Of a DNA stretch of 64,000 nucleotides, positions 9,430-19,649 are shown in pieces. This stretch comes from Verrucomicrobiaceae bacterium (lineage in GTDB: Bacteria > Verrucomicrobiota > Verrucomicrobiia > Verrucomicrobiales > Akkermansiaceae). The DNA lies in the NCBI GenBank assembly GCA_051252135.1, contig JBPOGH010000009.1, positions 96,001 to 160,000 on the forward strand. The letters run 5' to 3'. Numbering within the stretch: position 1 is the stretch's first letter; every line of letters begins with the position of its first letter. The translations under genes and the position numbers were made by a program. The notes under the pieces were generated by a model. It was not told the origin of the DNA. It did not search any database and saw nothing but the letters and a program-made list of their open reading frames with translations.

Positions 9430-10122
9430 ATGTTTAAGCTCACAATTTGCGCTCTTCTTTTTGCCTCGAGTCTCAACGGGCAAACGTGGACCGACTGGAA
9501 TGCTCCCACCGGGGGAAACACGCAGGTGACGGGGACATTGATCGATGGAGTCGATACAATCACGGTGACGGTGTTTGGATGTGTGGCAGGGACGGTATCC
9601 GATGGCACGAGCACGGCCTTCAGTGATGTGTCTTTCTATTCTCCGGCATTGCCGACATCGGACATGCTCTTCAGTGATCACACGGAGGCGACCGACGGGC
9701 AGTTTGTGATTCATTTTTCCCAGGCGGTGACGAATCCGGTGTTTCACATGACGGACCGGCATCACACTTTTGGAGCATTCAATGCGTTGAACAACGCGCC
9801 GATCACGCTGGTGCCACTCTCGGGGAACTTGAAGGCTTACAATGATTCGACGTCCCAGTTCACCGAGTCATCCGGAACGGTGATTGGTCGGGATGACTGG
9901 TATGGGCCGACCTTTATTACGGGAGGAAATTCCAATGGATTTGGGAATACGACGGCGGATGGCACCTTTCGGATGATCGGGACGTTTACGGCGATTGATA
10001 TGAACCTTTATGCCGAAGATTTTGTGGGATTCCAGATGGGTTTGGTTCCGGTGCCGGAGCCTACGGCGCCTGTGCTGGTCGCGCTGGCCGGTCTGGTGAT
10101 GACGGGGCGGCGGAAGAGGTAG
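9430..10122 (+). CDS. PEP-CTERM sorting domain protein
   Basis: Start MFKLTICALLFAS (ATG 9430); ends VPEPTAPVLVALAGLVMTGRRKR. Confidence 0.88.
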   Translation: MFKLTICALLFASSLNGQTWTDWNAPTGGNTQVTGTLIDGVDTITVTVFGCVAGTVSDGTSTAFSDVSFYSPALPTSDMLFSDHTEATDGQFVIHFSQAVTNPVFHMTDRHHTFGAFNALNNAPITLVPLSGNLKAYNDSTSQFTESSGTVIGRDDWYGPTFITGGNSNGFGNTTADGTFRMIGTFTAIDMNLYAEDFVGFQMGLVPVPEPTAPVLVALAGLVMTGRRKR

Positions 10123-10148
10123 GAGGGCGATGGGCGGGTCTTTACCGA

Positions 10149-10685
10149 TCAGGAATTGACGAAAAAGAGGGGGATGGCGATGGCGAGAAGGACCACGATG
10201 ATGAGGATGATCCAGGTGAGGGGGGAGGTCTTGTGTTTGACGTGGGGGGTTTGGGCGATGATCTCGCGGTAGGTTGGGGAGAGGATGCGGATGCCCTTGC
10301 GCGAATTGTAGAGGTAGAGGAAATAGCCATTGATGATGGTGCCGACGGGGAAGGCGAAAAGGCCGAGGATGGAGAAGAGGGTGGCAGGGATGCGGGCCCA
10401 GGATTGGAGTTTGCGGAGGCCGCGGCCGGTGACGAATTGGAGGATGGCGAGGGCGAGGAAGAAGAGGGCTACGAATGCGGCAGAGGTTCCGTCCTCGGGG
10501 ATGGTGAGGAAAAGGCCGAAGGCCGCGAAGGCGACGAAGAAACCGGCGAGGTAGTAGAGGAGTCCGATGGTTTTGAGGGAGGACTCGTGGCTGATGAGTT
10601 GGCGGCGGACGGCAGTGGCAGCTGAGGAGGGGCGGGAGATTTCGGGGCTGGGGGTTTCGGGTGGGGCGTAGGGATTTTCGGACAT
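10149..10685 (-). CDS. Small multi-pass membrane protein with N-terminal NPYxPP motif
   Basis: MSENPYAPP followed by about 4 hydrophobic helices. Confidence 0.8.
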   Translation of the reverse strand: MSENPYAPPETPSPEISRPSSAATAVRRQLISHESSLKTIGLLYYLAGFFVAFAAFGLFLTIPEDGTSAAFVALFFLALAILQFVTGRGLRKLQSWARIPATLFSILGLFAFPVGTIINGYFLYLYNSRKGIRILSPTYREIIAQTPHVKHKTSPLTWIILIIVVLLAIAIPLFFVNS

Positions 10686-10744
10686 GGCGGGGAGGTGGAT
10701 GAGACGATGCCCAAGATGAGGGAGAAGGACGAGCGAAGAAGTGG

Positions 10745-13700
10745 CTACTGGAGCGAGATGAGGAGGCGGGCGAAACCGGAGTGTGGTGCGGGGCGCGGGA
10801 TTTCGATGGTGATGTTCTCGGTGTCTCCGGAGCCGGGGGTTCTGCTGATGACGGTGGTATTGGCGGGGAGGAAGTTGTCGAGACCGGTGGAGGTTTGGCC
10901 GGTGAAGAGGGCGTGGGGGCCGGCGGCCCAGGGGAATTGGAGGCGGATGGTTTCCGGGGAGACGGCGAGGAGAGAGACGGGGGAGGCGTTTCCTTGTTTG
11001 GGGTTGGTCCCGTGGGCGAACTCTGCGAGGTTGGAGAGGCCGTCGGCGTCGGGGTCGGCGGTGGGGCCGGAGATGAGGCTGTCGGCTTGTTCCGCAGGGG
11101 TGAAGTGGGCTGATTTCCAGCTATCGAAAGTGGGGGCGGGGTGGTCGTTGAAGACGAGGGTGACGCCGGTGGGGTCGTGGTAGGAGAGGGTTGCGGTGAG
11201 TTGGGGTGGGATTGCGGCGAGATCGAGGGTGTCGAAGGTTCCCGAAATGGAGTTCGCGACGAGGATGAGGAAGGGGGAGCCGGGGGTGGGGAGGTAGCTA
11301 TCGAGGAGGTGGGGGCGGAAGGTGCCGGCGAGGGAGAGGGGGCCGTCGATGTTGAGAAAGTCCGAGTCGTTGAGGGAGCTGGCTTCCCACTGGTAGAGCG
11401 AGGTGGGGGAAAAGGTGGTGTTTCCGTTGATGATGAGGGTGCCGGGGCTTTCGCCGGGGGCGATGGTGCCGTCGTTGAGGGTGAGGTCGCCATTGATGGT
11501 GCCGTTGCCGACAAAGAGGGCGCCGGATGCGAAGGTGCAGTGATCAACGGTGACCACGCAGTCGTTCCGCAGTCCGAAGGTGGCGCCTTGGGAGACGGTG
11601 AGGGGTTCGGAGTGGGTGATGGAGGAATCGCGGTAGAGGCTGGTGGCTTCACCGATGACGGAGTGGACTTTATTGAGGTCGGAGCCTTCCCAATTGGCGT
11701 CTCTGAGTTGGGTGACGTCCTCGTTGAAGAGAAGGCGGGCGTCGGGATCGACTTTCCAGTTTCCGCCTTCGAGGGTGCCGTCCTCACTGGAGAGGTTTCT
11801 TGGTTCGGTGAGGTGGAGGACCGAGTTGCCGGTGACTTTTACGGTGCCTCCTCGTTCGTTGGTGAAGGGGCTGGAAATGATGACGTTTGCGCCTTCCTCG
11901 CAGATGAGGGTGCTGTTGTTTTGATAGGCTTTTTCGCCACCCCCTGAGATGCTGGCGCCGGAACGGAGGTGGTGGGTGCCGCCATTGACGATGCGTCCGC
12001 CGGAGAAGTCATCGCCTTCGGTTGCAGGGGCGAGTTCGAGCGAAGCGTTCTGGAAGATTTCGACGGAGTTGTTGACGAAGAGTTGCGGGAAGTTGGTGAG
12101 TTGTCCGCGGAGGCTTTTGTGTGCGCCCGGGGAGATATCGAGGCGGGACAGGTTTTCGAATTCGGTGGCGATTATGGAGCCGCCATTCCAATCGAAGTAT
12201 CCTTTATTCATGATGCGTCCGGCGGGGATGTTGACAGAGCCGGAGCGGAAGATGAGGCCCCTGGAGTCGTCGATGAGCCCGTTGGCATCGATGCCGAGCT
12301 CGTTGATGATGGCGGTGGTGGCGAAGGGGCTTCCTTCGTCGGTTTCGACATCGAGCGTGATTTCGGGATTGAGTTGGCTGCCGCCGATGGTGGTGGTGCC
12401 GGTGCCCTTGAGGGTGAGGAAGGGGTCGGTGATGCGGAAGGTGCCGTTCTTGATGGTGAGGCGTTCGGAGCTGCCGAGATCGAAGGTTCCATTGAAGGCA
12501 TTGGACCCTTGTTCGAGGGCGACGAGTCCGTTTTTGATCTCCGTCTTGGCGCCCTTGTCCTGATTGTATTTTACTTTGACGAGGTAGTTGGTGAATCCGG
12601 ATTCGCCGAAGGTGATTTGGCCGCTTCCTTTGTTGTGAAGAGTGGAGTCGACGGTGGGATCTTCGGGGTTGATGCTATCGGAGCCTTCGATGTGGAGGGT
12701 GCCGTTGTTTTCGAAGTAGTAGACGTTCATTCCGTAGCAGAGCCAGTTTCCGTGGTTTTCGACCGGGATGGCGAAGGCCGGTTGGGAGAAGGGGTCCTGG
12801 GTGACGGAAGCGCCGGCCTGGTTGAGGAAGAGGCTGCTGGCGTCGGTGGGATCGTTGGGGACGAAGTTGTCCGATCCTTTCATGAGGACCTGTCCGGCAT
12901 TGGTGAGGGTGGCGGGTGCGGGGGGATCGAGGCGGCCGAAGATGAGTCCTCCGATCTCGTATCCGGGAGCGTTGGGCATGTTGAGGGTCAGGTCCTGAAG
13001 GAGCTCGAACTCCTGGACCTGGTTGACGGTTCCGCTGCCGGAGACTTCGGTGAGGCCATCGAAGGTGCGGGTGGGGATGCCTCCCTGGACCTGGGTGAGG
13101 ATGAGGGTGCCATCGGACTTGAGGATGCCGCCTTTGTATTGGTGAACGACGCCGTCGATATTGAGTTGGGCGCCTTCGGTGACGAAGATTTGTCCGTCGA
13201 GTTGGATAAGATTGCCGGAGATTTTCGAGAGTTCTGTGGCGTCATTTTTTTGAATGACGGAGTGATTGGTGACGGTGGAGGAGGAGTTGATGGTGCCGGA
13301 TGCGCCGAGAGAAAGGAGGCCGTCGTTATTGAAGATGCCGAGGGTGGTGGATCCGGAAGCGAGCGAGAAGACGCTTTGATTGAAGAAGAGAGTGCCCGGG
13401 TGGATGCCGCGCGTTCCGATGCTGATGATGCCTTGGTTGGTGAAGTGGGAGCTTCCTTCGAGGCGGACTCTGGTGAGATCGTTTTGGCCTTTAAAGATGA
13501 CGGGTCCCAGTCCCCGGATGGTTCCGGTGCGGGTGGCGATGAGGGAGTTCTCAAAGGTGCCGGAGCTATTGATGATCAGCGTTTCGCCGAGGCTGAAGGG
13601 GACGCGGCAGTCGATGGTATTGACGGTGGCGCTGGTGTTGCTGAGGAAGATGGGGTCGGGGCTTCCGGGGGTGAAGATGCGGACGTCATCGGTGCCGGTG

Positions 13701-13846
13701 GGGACGGTATCGGAGTCCCAATTTTCCTTCGTGTGATAGTTGGGGAGCGGGTTGCCGGCGAGGTCTTCGCCTTCGCCGTTCCATTCGATGGTTGTCGAAG
13801 TTAGGGGAAGGGTTCCGAGCAGGAGGAGGTGGAGGGATGGTCTCAT
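10745..13846 (-). CDS. Secreted beta-helix (autotransporter passenger-like) protein with C-terminal F-x-R domain
   Basis: 1033 aa. Signal peptide; G/N/T-rich repeats; GTIAPGESPGTLIING; ADPDADGLSNLAEFA; ends GFARLLISLQ. Confidence 0.85.
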   Translation of the reverse strand: MRPSLHLLLLGTLPLTSTTIEWNGEGEDLAGNPLPNYHTKENWDSDTVPTGTDDVRIFTPGSPDPIFLSNTSATVNTIDCRVPFSLGETLIINSSGTFENSLIATRTGTIRGLGPVIFKGQNDLTRVRLEGSSHFTNQGIISIGTRGIHPGTLFFNQSVFSLASGSTTLGIFNNDGLLSLGASGTINSSSTVTNHSVIQKNDATELSKISGNLIQLDGQIFVTEGAQLNIDGVVHQYKGGILKSDGTLILTQVQGGIPTRTFDGLTEVSGSGTVNQVQEFELLQDLTLNMPNAPGYEIGGLIFGRLDPPAPATLTNAGQVLMKGSDNFVPNDPTDASSLFLNQAGASVTQDPFSQPAFAIPVENHGNWLCYGMNVYYFENNGTLHIEGSDSINPEDPTVDSTLHNKGSGQITFGESGFTNYLVKVKYNQDKGAKTEIKNGLVALEQGSNAFNGTFDLGSSERLTIKNGTFRITDPFLTLKGTGTTTIGGSQLNPEITLDVETDEGSPFATTAIINELGIDANGLIDDSRGLIFRSGSVNIPAGRIMNKGYFDWNGGSIIATEFENLSRLDISPGAHKSLRGQLTNFPQLFVNNSVEIFQNASLELAPATEGDDFSGGRIVNGGTHHLRSGASISGGGEKAYQNNSTLICEEGANVIISSPFTNERGGTVKVTGNSVLHLTEPRNLSSEDGTLEGGNWKVDPDARLLFNEDVTQLRDANWEGSDLNKVHSVIGEATSLYRDSSITHSEPLTVSQGATFGLRNDCVVTVDHCTFASGALFVGNGTINGDLTLNDGTIAPGESPGTLIINGNTTFSPTSLYQWEASSLNDSDFLNIDGPLSLAGTFRPHLLDSYLPTPGSPFLILVANSISGTFDTLDLAAIPPQLTATLSYHDPTGVTLVFNDHPAPTFDSWKSAHFTPAEQADSLISGPTADPDADGLSNLAEFAHGTNPKQGNASPVSLLAVSPETIRLQFPWAAGPHALFTGQTSTGLDNFLPANTTVISRTPGSGDTENITIEIPRPAPHSGFARLLISLQ

Positions 13847-13905
13847 GACGAAGAAAGAAGGATTTCGATCATGGAGTGAGGAGGCGGGGGTCGCAAGGTG
13901 AAAGG

Positions 13906-14867
13906 TTACTGCATGAAGACGTAGAGGGCCGTTGCGATGGTCCAGAGGATGAGGAGGCCGAGGAGGGAAGGGAGAAGGACGAACCAGGAGCTGGCGGTAA
14001 TGATCTTGCTGCTGGCGTGTTTTATTTTGGCGGCCATTTCCTGATAGGCGAGGAGCTTCCCGGGGGAGATGTTGAGGGAGGATTGTTGTTTTTTCTCCGG
14101 GACATTTTTGAGGGCCTTTTGGGTGATGGAGGTGCCCAGTCTGTTGGTGAGTGGAGTGAGGAGCCGGGAGAGAATTGGGAAGGTGTTCTTTAAGACATCA
14201 TGGAAAATGGGGAGGGCGACGATGTGCATGATTCCGTGAAAGAGCTCGCCGAAGGTGGGGGTTTCGAGGGAGCCGTCTTGTTGCTTCTGTTGGAGAGTGG
14301 CGAGGTCCTTGGTGGCTTGGGTGGAGAGATCGACAGCAACATTGAGCATGGTGGTGAGGATGCGTTTTGTTTTGACGACGAAGACGAGGCTGAAGAGAAG
14401 GATGGTATGGAGGATGACAAAGATGATCCCGCCGATGGCGGCGAAGGTGGTTTGCCAGGAGCCATCGGCTTGCACGGTAAATAATCCTGCGAGGAGGACT
14501 GATACCACTCCGAGTTCCAAAATAGCGGAATGTTTGTTTTAAGGGCTCATTTTTGAACAGCACTTTGTGGAGTTGATGCAGCCGAGCGCTTTCTTGAGAT
14601 AGCGGCGTTTTTCCTCGGTTGTGGTCTCCAGACCACGCCCTCGTCATGCCTTGCTCTCTCAAGAAATCACTTCGGCATTCCGCTATTTTGAAACTCTACT
14701 TGGTATGAGATGAGCAGGGGGATGCGGAAGTGGTTTTGTGAGAAGTCCTCGAGGCTCGCGATTCCGGAGAGGGATTTGGCGAGGTCGTGATGGCGGTACT
14801 GGCGGAGGTCGATTCCGGTTCTCTTTTCGAAGCGGTCGGCGTGTCGGTCGACTTGGGTGGAGTTCAT
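13906..14867 (-). pseudogene. Membrane protein gene split by a 203-bp MITE-like insertion
   Basis: Removing 14503-14705 plus one TGA fuses MNSTQVDR...PLLIS to VLLAGLF... in frame: 756 bp, 251 aa. Confidence 0.85.
14503..14705. mobile_element. MITE-like palindromic element, TACCA...TGGTA family, copy 1
   Basis: Imperfect TIR TACCACTCCGAGTTCCAAAATAGCGGAATG / CATTCCGCTATTTTGAAACTCTACTTGGTA; flanked by a TGA direct repeat. Confidence 0.88.
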
Positions 14868-14935
14868 GGGGAATCGGGAGGAAGTTTGGAATTCTCCCAA
14901 AAGGGGGGTGTTCGGGGCTGGAAGCCCCGGCTCCT

Positions 14936-17900
14936 TTAGTTGGGTTGGTGGAAGATGGAGTTGTGGATGAGGCGGGTGAATTTTTCTCCGGTGGAGGAGG
15001 TGAGGTTCATTTCGATGGACATGCCCCAGGTGGGGTTGAGGTCGGGGATGGTGAGGGTGATGATGTTGTTGAGGAGGGTTCCGGCGGTGACGTGGAGTTC
15101 GCGTTCGTTGAGGTGTTTTGAGCCGTAGTTTTTGGAGCGTTTGAGGTCCCAGGTTCTAATGATGAAGTTTCCGGGGCTGATGGAGGAGGGATCGATCTCG
15201 TCCGATAGGGTGATGCTTACGCCGGTTTTGGTGGCTTGGATTTTGGTGGGGAGGTGGGCGGGGTGCTCGGTTTTGCGGATGCGGTAGAAGCCGCCGGGTT
15301 GTTGTTGGGTGCCGGCCCAGGCGAACATGCCGCAGCCGTAGAGTTGGCCGTCGGTTGGATGAAAGCGGCCGCGCATGATGCCGGTGGGGAATTGGGTGAG
15401 GGGGAGTTCACACATGCCGCCTTGGCGCTGGCCGTTGATGGTCTCGTGCGGGACGACGTGGATTTTTCCGTAGCCGTACGAAAGATTTAGGAGTTGGCCG
15501 TTGAGGGGGCCCCATTTTGCGTTTTGCGGGACCCAGAGGAGTTCGGAGGGTGAGCGGTCGAAGGCGTTGGTGATCCAGCAGAGGGGGTTTTTCATGGCGG
15601 CGTCTGCGGTGTCGGTGACGGGGGAGTAGCCGTAGATGTTGCCGAAGAATTCGGTGGGGCCGTCGCCGTTGACCCAGTTGATGCGGTTCTTGGGGTTCCA
15701 GTGGCCTTCTTGGTCGGTGACGATGAAGGTGCCATCGGGGTTGAGGCAGACGCCGTTGGCGGCGCGGAAGCCGGTGGCGAGGATGTCGGTGCGGGAGCCG
15801 TCGGCGCTGATGCGGAGGAGGGTGCCGTGGTGGGGGACGAGGGAGTCCTTGGCGTGGCGGGCGGACTTGGCGTAGTAGAAGTTTCCTTCGGCATCGGTCT
15901 GGAGGCCCATCGCGAATTCATGGAAGTGTTCGGTGACTTGGTGGTCGTTGTTGAGGCACTCGATGTAGTCGATGGTTTCGTCGCCGTTGTAATCGTGGAG
16001 TTTGGCGAGTTGATCGCGGCAGGTGACGTGAATTTTGTCGTCGATGATTTTGAGGCCGAGGGGTTGGAAGAGGCCGGAGCAGATGCGCTTCCAGGTGAGG
16101 GTGCCTTGGAGTTGGTCGATGCCTTCGACGATCCAGACGTCGCCCATCCAGGTGCAGATGGCGGCGCGCTTGCCATCGGGGTAGAAGTCGAATCCGCTGG
16201 TGCGCATCCAAGAGTTGTGGGGATTTTCGCCGAGGTCGGGGACGGTGAGAGTGTCGACGGCGAAGGGGCCTGATTCGTCGCCACGTTGGATTTGGGTGGT
16301 GACGGGGATTGGAGGGAAACCTGATTCGTCGGGTTTCCCTGTGACAATGATGACTAAGTGATTTGCGTCGTACTGAAATGTGGTGCGGCCTGATGAGGAA
16401 ATGTGAAAAGTGAAGGATTGTAATTTCTTAGAAGGTGGAACTTTAAAACAGAGGCTTCCATCTTCGATGATGAGGCCTTTTGGGGGATTCGATTTGTCGT
16501 GTGGTTGGAGGCGAAGGGTGAGGGTGCTGGAATGGGGTTCGATCTGAATGATGCGGATAAAGCCTTCTTTATTGCGGGCTTTTTTTATGAGTTCGAGGAT
16601 GGGGATATCACCGATGTCGTATCGGAGAACGCTGCCACTCATGCCTCTAAAATTCACCCAGTCCTTCGGCAGCGGGCCGAAGAGGCGGCCGTCTTTTCCT
16701 TTGGTGCGGATGGGTTCCCAGGAGCCGGTTTTGGGGTGGGCCCAGCCGGGTTTGTCGGGGTTGGTGAGGATGCGTTTTCCGACGATGGAGGTGTGGGTGC
16801 CGTGGGAGCCATCGAAGTCGATGCCCTTCCAGTCGACGAATTGGTCGCCGGTGTAAATGGCGGCGAGGCGCATGGTGTCGTGATCATAGACGGCCCAGGA
16901 GTTGCCTTTTGAAATGCCGCCGAGGCCGAGGTCGAGTCGGATGGCGATGCCTTTTTGGGCGATGTTGACGTTCTCATCAATGGGGCCGGGTTCGATTTGG
17001 TAGGTGCCAAAGAGGACGTTGCCGAAGTCCATCATTTTGTAGGGCGGGATGGTTTCGGTGGTTTCTTTTTCTTCGATGAGGCTCTGGCCGCGTGGGAGTT
17101 TTTGGAGGTAGGAGTCGGTGATGGGGGTGAGTTGGGAGGGATTGGATTTTTCGAGGAATTGGGAGCGGATGTAGTGTATGACGTCGTATTTCTGCCGGGT
17201 GGAGAATTGGGGCATGGGCATCATGGTGCCGTAGCCTTTGGTGAGGGTTTGGTAGATGCGGAAGGGGTCGGATCCGTTTTTGAATTGGCCTTGGTGGAAC
17301 TTGAGGGCGAGGGGGATGGATCCTTCTTTTTGTTCGTTGCCGTGGCAGGTGATGCAGAGCTGGTTGTAGATTTTTTGGCCGCGGGCGAGGGAATCTTTTC
17401 CCCAGGAGCGGATGATGGCTTGGTGGTCTGAGGTTTCGAGAGGTTGGGTCCAGGCGGAATGGATTTTGAGATTTGAGAATTTGACGGTGGCTTGGAAGGG
17501 GGTGGTTGAGGGGGCTTGGTTGAGGAGCTTGTCCGCAGATTTCGCCGATTGACGCAGATTTTTTTCTTGAGTTGAGGGGGATTGATTGGGGTTTTGCCAG
17601 TGGAAGTCGGGGGTGTTGAGTTGGGTGGTTTTTTGATCGGTGAGGGTTTGGATTTCCCGGGGGGTGAGGGGGCGTTTCCAGTAGAGGATTTGGGAGAGGG
17701 TGCCGTCTTTGAAGTCGTGGGCGAAGTCGGTGGCGGTGGATCCGATTTTGAAGAGGTGGTCTTTTTTGTCGGGGGAGGTGAGTTTTTTGCGGGAGGCGAC
17801 TTGTTTGCCGTCGAGGTAGAGGGTGGCTTTTCCTTCGTCGGTGAAGGTGACGAGGGCGAGGTGTTCTTTGCCGTCGTTGACGATTGGGCCGCCGTTGATT

Positions 17901-18442
17901 TCGCCGACCCAGCCGACGTCGTAGTGGAGGATGCCATCGCGAAGGAAGAGGGTTTTGCCGCCCTTGGCCCAGATGCCGGTGGCGGGAGCGCGGGAGGCGA
18001 GGGTGCCGTTTGGTGCGGTGGTGGAGAAGCGGGCGAGGAGGGCGAAGGGGCCGTCCATGGGGAAGTTTTTTCCGGGACGGGGTTTGAAGGAGACGGGACC
18101 TTGGGGGACGAGGGAGTTGGGGATCTCGATGCGGCGGGTGGTGGGATCGTTGGAGGTGGTGAGGTGGATGGTGGCGGGGTGATTGGGGAGGTGCTCGAAG
18201 GTGAGGTCGGCAGTGAGATTTTGGCCGGTGGGGAGGGGGAGGGAGAAGTCGTCCAGCTCGATGGTGGGAGATTTTTCGGCGGAGTAGCGGAGGTAGAGGC
18301 GGGAGTTGTTGAGAGGGGTTCCGGGGGTGTAGGGTTGGTGTGTTTTTTCGGCGGGGATGGAGGTGGGAGGAGGGGATTGTGCGTGGAGGGAGGGGGAGAG
18401 AAGGAGGGAAAGAGTGAGGGAGGGGATGAGGAGAGATTTCAT
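14936..18442 (-). CDS. DUF6797-type secreted protein: LamG-like domain, cytochrome c (CITCH), beta-propeller
   Basis: Signal peptide; CxxCH; KGIAIRL...DTMRLAA; GLFQPLGL, HFHEFAMGLQTD, GFRAANG, DQEGHW, MRGRFHP. Paralogue at 46921. Confidence 0.85.
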   Translation of the reverse strand: MKSLLIPSLTLSLLLSPSLHAQSPPPTSIPAEKTHQPYTPGTPLNNSRLYLRYSAEKSPTIELDDFSLPLPTGQNLTADLTFEHLPNHPATIHLTTSNDPTTRRIEIPNSLVPQGPVSFKPRPGKNFPMDGPFALLARFSTTAPNGTLASRAPATGIWAKGGKTLFLRDGILHYDVGWVGEINGGPIVNDGKEHLALVTFTDEGKATLYLDGKQVASRKKLTSPDKKDHLFKIGSTATDFAHDFKDGTLSQILYWKRPLTPREIQTLTDQKTTQLNTPDFHWQNPNQSPSTQEKNLRQSAKSADKLLNQAPSTTPFQATVKFSNLKIHSAWTQPLETSDHQAIIRSWGKDSLARGQKIYNQLCITCHGNEQKEGSIPLALKFHQGQFKNGSDPFRIYQTLTKGYGTMMPMPQFSTRQKYDVIHYIRSQFLEKSNPSQLTPITDSYLQKLPRGQSLIEEKETTETIPPYKMMDFGNVLFGTYQIEPGPIDENVNIAQKGIAIRLDLGLGGISKGNSWAVYDHDTMRLAAIYTGDQFVDWKGIDFDGSHGTHTSIVGKRILTNPDKPGWAHPKTGSWEPIRTKGKDGRLFGPLPKDWVNFRGMSGSVLRYDIGDIPILELIKKARNKEGFIRIIQIEPHSSTLTLRLQPHDKSNPPKGLIIEDGSLCFKVPPSKKLQSFTFHISSSGRTTFQYDANHLVIIVTGKPDESGFPPIPVTTQIQRGDESGPFAVDTLTVPDLGENPHNSWMRTSGFDFYPDGKRAAICTWMGDVWIVEGIDQLQGTLTWKRICSGLFQPLGLKIIDDKIHVTCRDQLAKLHDYNGDETIDYIECLNNDHQVTEHFHEFAMGLQTDAEGNFYYAKSARHAKDSLVPHHGTLLRISADGSRTDILATGFRAANGVCLNPDGTFIVTDQEGHWNPKNRINWVNGDGPTEFFGNIYGYSPVTDTADAAMKNPLCWITNAFDRSPSELLWVPQNAKWGPLNGQLLNLSYGYGKIHVVPHETINGQRQGGMCELPLTQFPTGIMRGRFHPTDGQLYGCGMFAWAGTQQQPGGFYRIRKTEHPAHLPTKIQATKTGVSITLSDEIDPSSISPGNFIIRTWDLKRSKNYGSKHLNERELHVTAGTLLNNIITLTIPDLNPTWGMSIEMNLTSSTGEKFTRLIHNSIFHQPN

Positions 18443-18549
18443 CTAGGATTTAGGGTCGCAAGAGGGGGGAGGTTGTCGAGGAAGAAGGATTGGAATGAGT
18501 TTGACGGAGGGAGGGGGAAACTTCTTAGTGGGGGGTGATTTTTTGAATT

Positions 18550-19593
18550 ATGAATTTGAGTATTTTTCGGAACGGGCTGGTGTGTTGGTCGGTGAGTTTG
18601 CTGACGGGTTGGGGGCAGGTGAGTGATGACTTTAATGATGGGGATGATGCGGGGTGGACGCGGATGAGTCCCTTGGCGGGGATTGGGGGGACATCTGCAT
18701 ATTCTTTTCCGGGCGGGAACAGCTATCGGATTCAGGTTGGGGCTTCGCCGAATGCGGCGGCGGTGGGGCAGAGCCGTGGCGGGTCGTTGAGGGCGGATGT
18801 GAATCATTCGGCCTTCCGGGTGTCGGTAGATGTGGTGGCGGCGGATGCGAGCCTGGAGCAGGACATCGGGATTTTGGCGCGGGTGACGAATCCGGGGTTG
18901 GGGACGTTGAACGGGTATTCGGCGACGTTTGATACCGATGAGGGCCGGGTCTATCTGGGGCGGGTGGATGGGGAGCAGCCGGTTGTGATGGATAGCGTGG
19001 AGGTGCCGCTGGATGCGGCGAAGGACTACCGGATTGTTTTCCACGGGTTCGGGGGGCAGTTCCTGGTGGAGGTGTTTGATGTGGCTGATTTGACGACGAC
19101 GATTGGGACGGTGGTGGGGTTTGATGATCTTTACGCGAGCGGATCAACGGGGCTGTTTGGAAACGCGGGGCTGGCGGAGGGGACGGTGGATGTGACCTTT
19201 GACAACTTCGAGGCGGCGGAGAATCCGGATACGGATCAGGACGGGATGTCGGATCCGGTGGAGGTGGCGGTCTTTGGGAGTCTCTCGCAAACGGGGGAAG
19301 GTGACTTTGATGGCGATGGCACGAGCAATGCGGATGAGCTCAATGCGGGGACCGATCCGACGGTGGCGGGATCGGAGTTTGCGATCATTGATTTGTTGGT
19401 GGAAGCGACGGTGGTGAAGGTCGCTTTTTTCACGGTGCCGGGAAAAATTTACCGATTGGAAAAGAGCACGGATTTGAAGACCTGGGTGGTGGATGAGGAT
19501 GCGGTCTTTCTGGATTTCGATGAGAGCCTGGGAGGGTTCGAAAGCCAGCGCGGGGGGGCGGCGGAGTATCTGAGGGTGACGGTGGGGGAGTGA
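18550..19593 (+). CDS. Secreted ConA/LamG-like beta-sandwich protein with DxDxDG repeats and C-terminal sorting-like domain
   Basis: DDFNDG...FDNF domain; DTDQDG and DFDGDG; KSTDLKTW...EYLRVTVGE. Confidence 0.8.
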   Translation: MNLSIFRNGLVCWSVSLLTGWGQVSDDFNDGDDAGWTRMSPLAGIGGTSAYSFPGGNSYRIQVGASPNAAAVGQSRGGSLRADVNHSAFRVSVDVVAADASLEQDIGILARVTNPGLGTLNGYSATFDTDEGRVYLGRVDGEQPVVMDSVEVPLDAAKDYRIVFHGFGGQFLVEVFDVADLTTTIGTVVGFDDLYASGSTGLFGNAGLAEGTVDVTFDNFEAAENPDTDQDGMSDPVEVAVFGSLSQTGEGDFDGDGTSNADELNAGTDPTVAGSEFAIIDLLVEATVVKVAFFTVPGKIYRLEKSTDLKTWVVDEDAVFLDFDESLGGFESQRGGAAEYLRVTVGE

Positions 19594-19649
19594 GGGAGTG
19601 GGAACGCGAATTTTGCGAATTGGGCCAATCTCGGGTTGAGGGGGATGAT

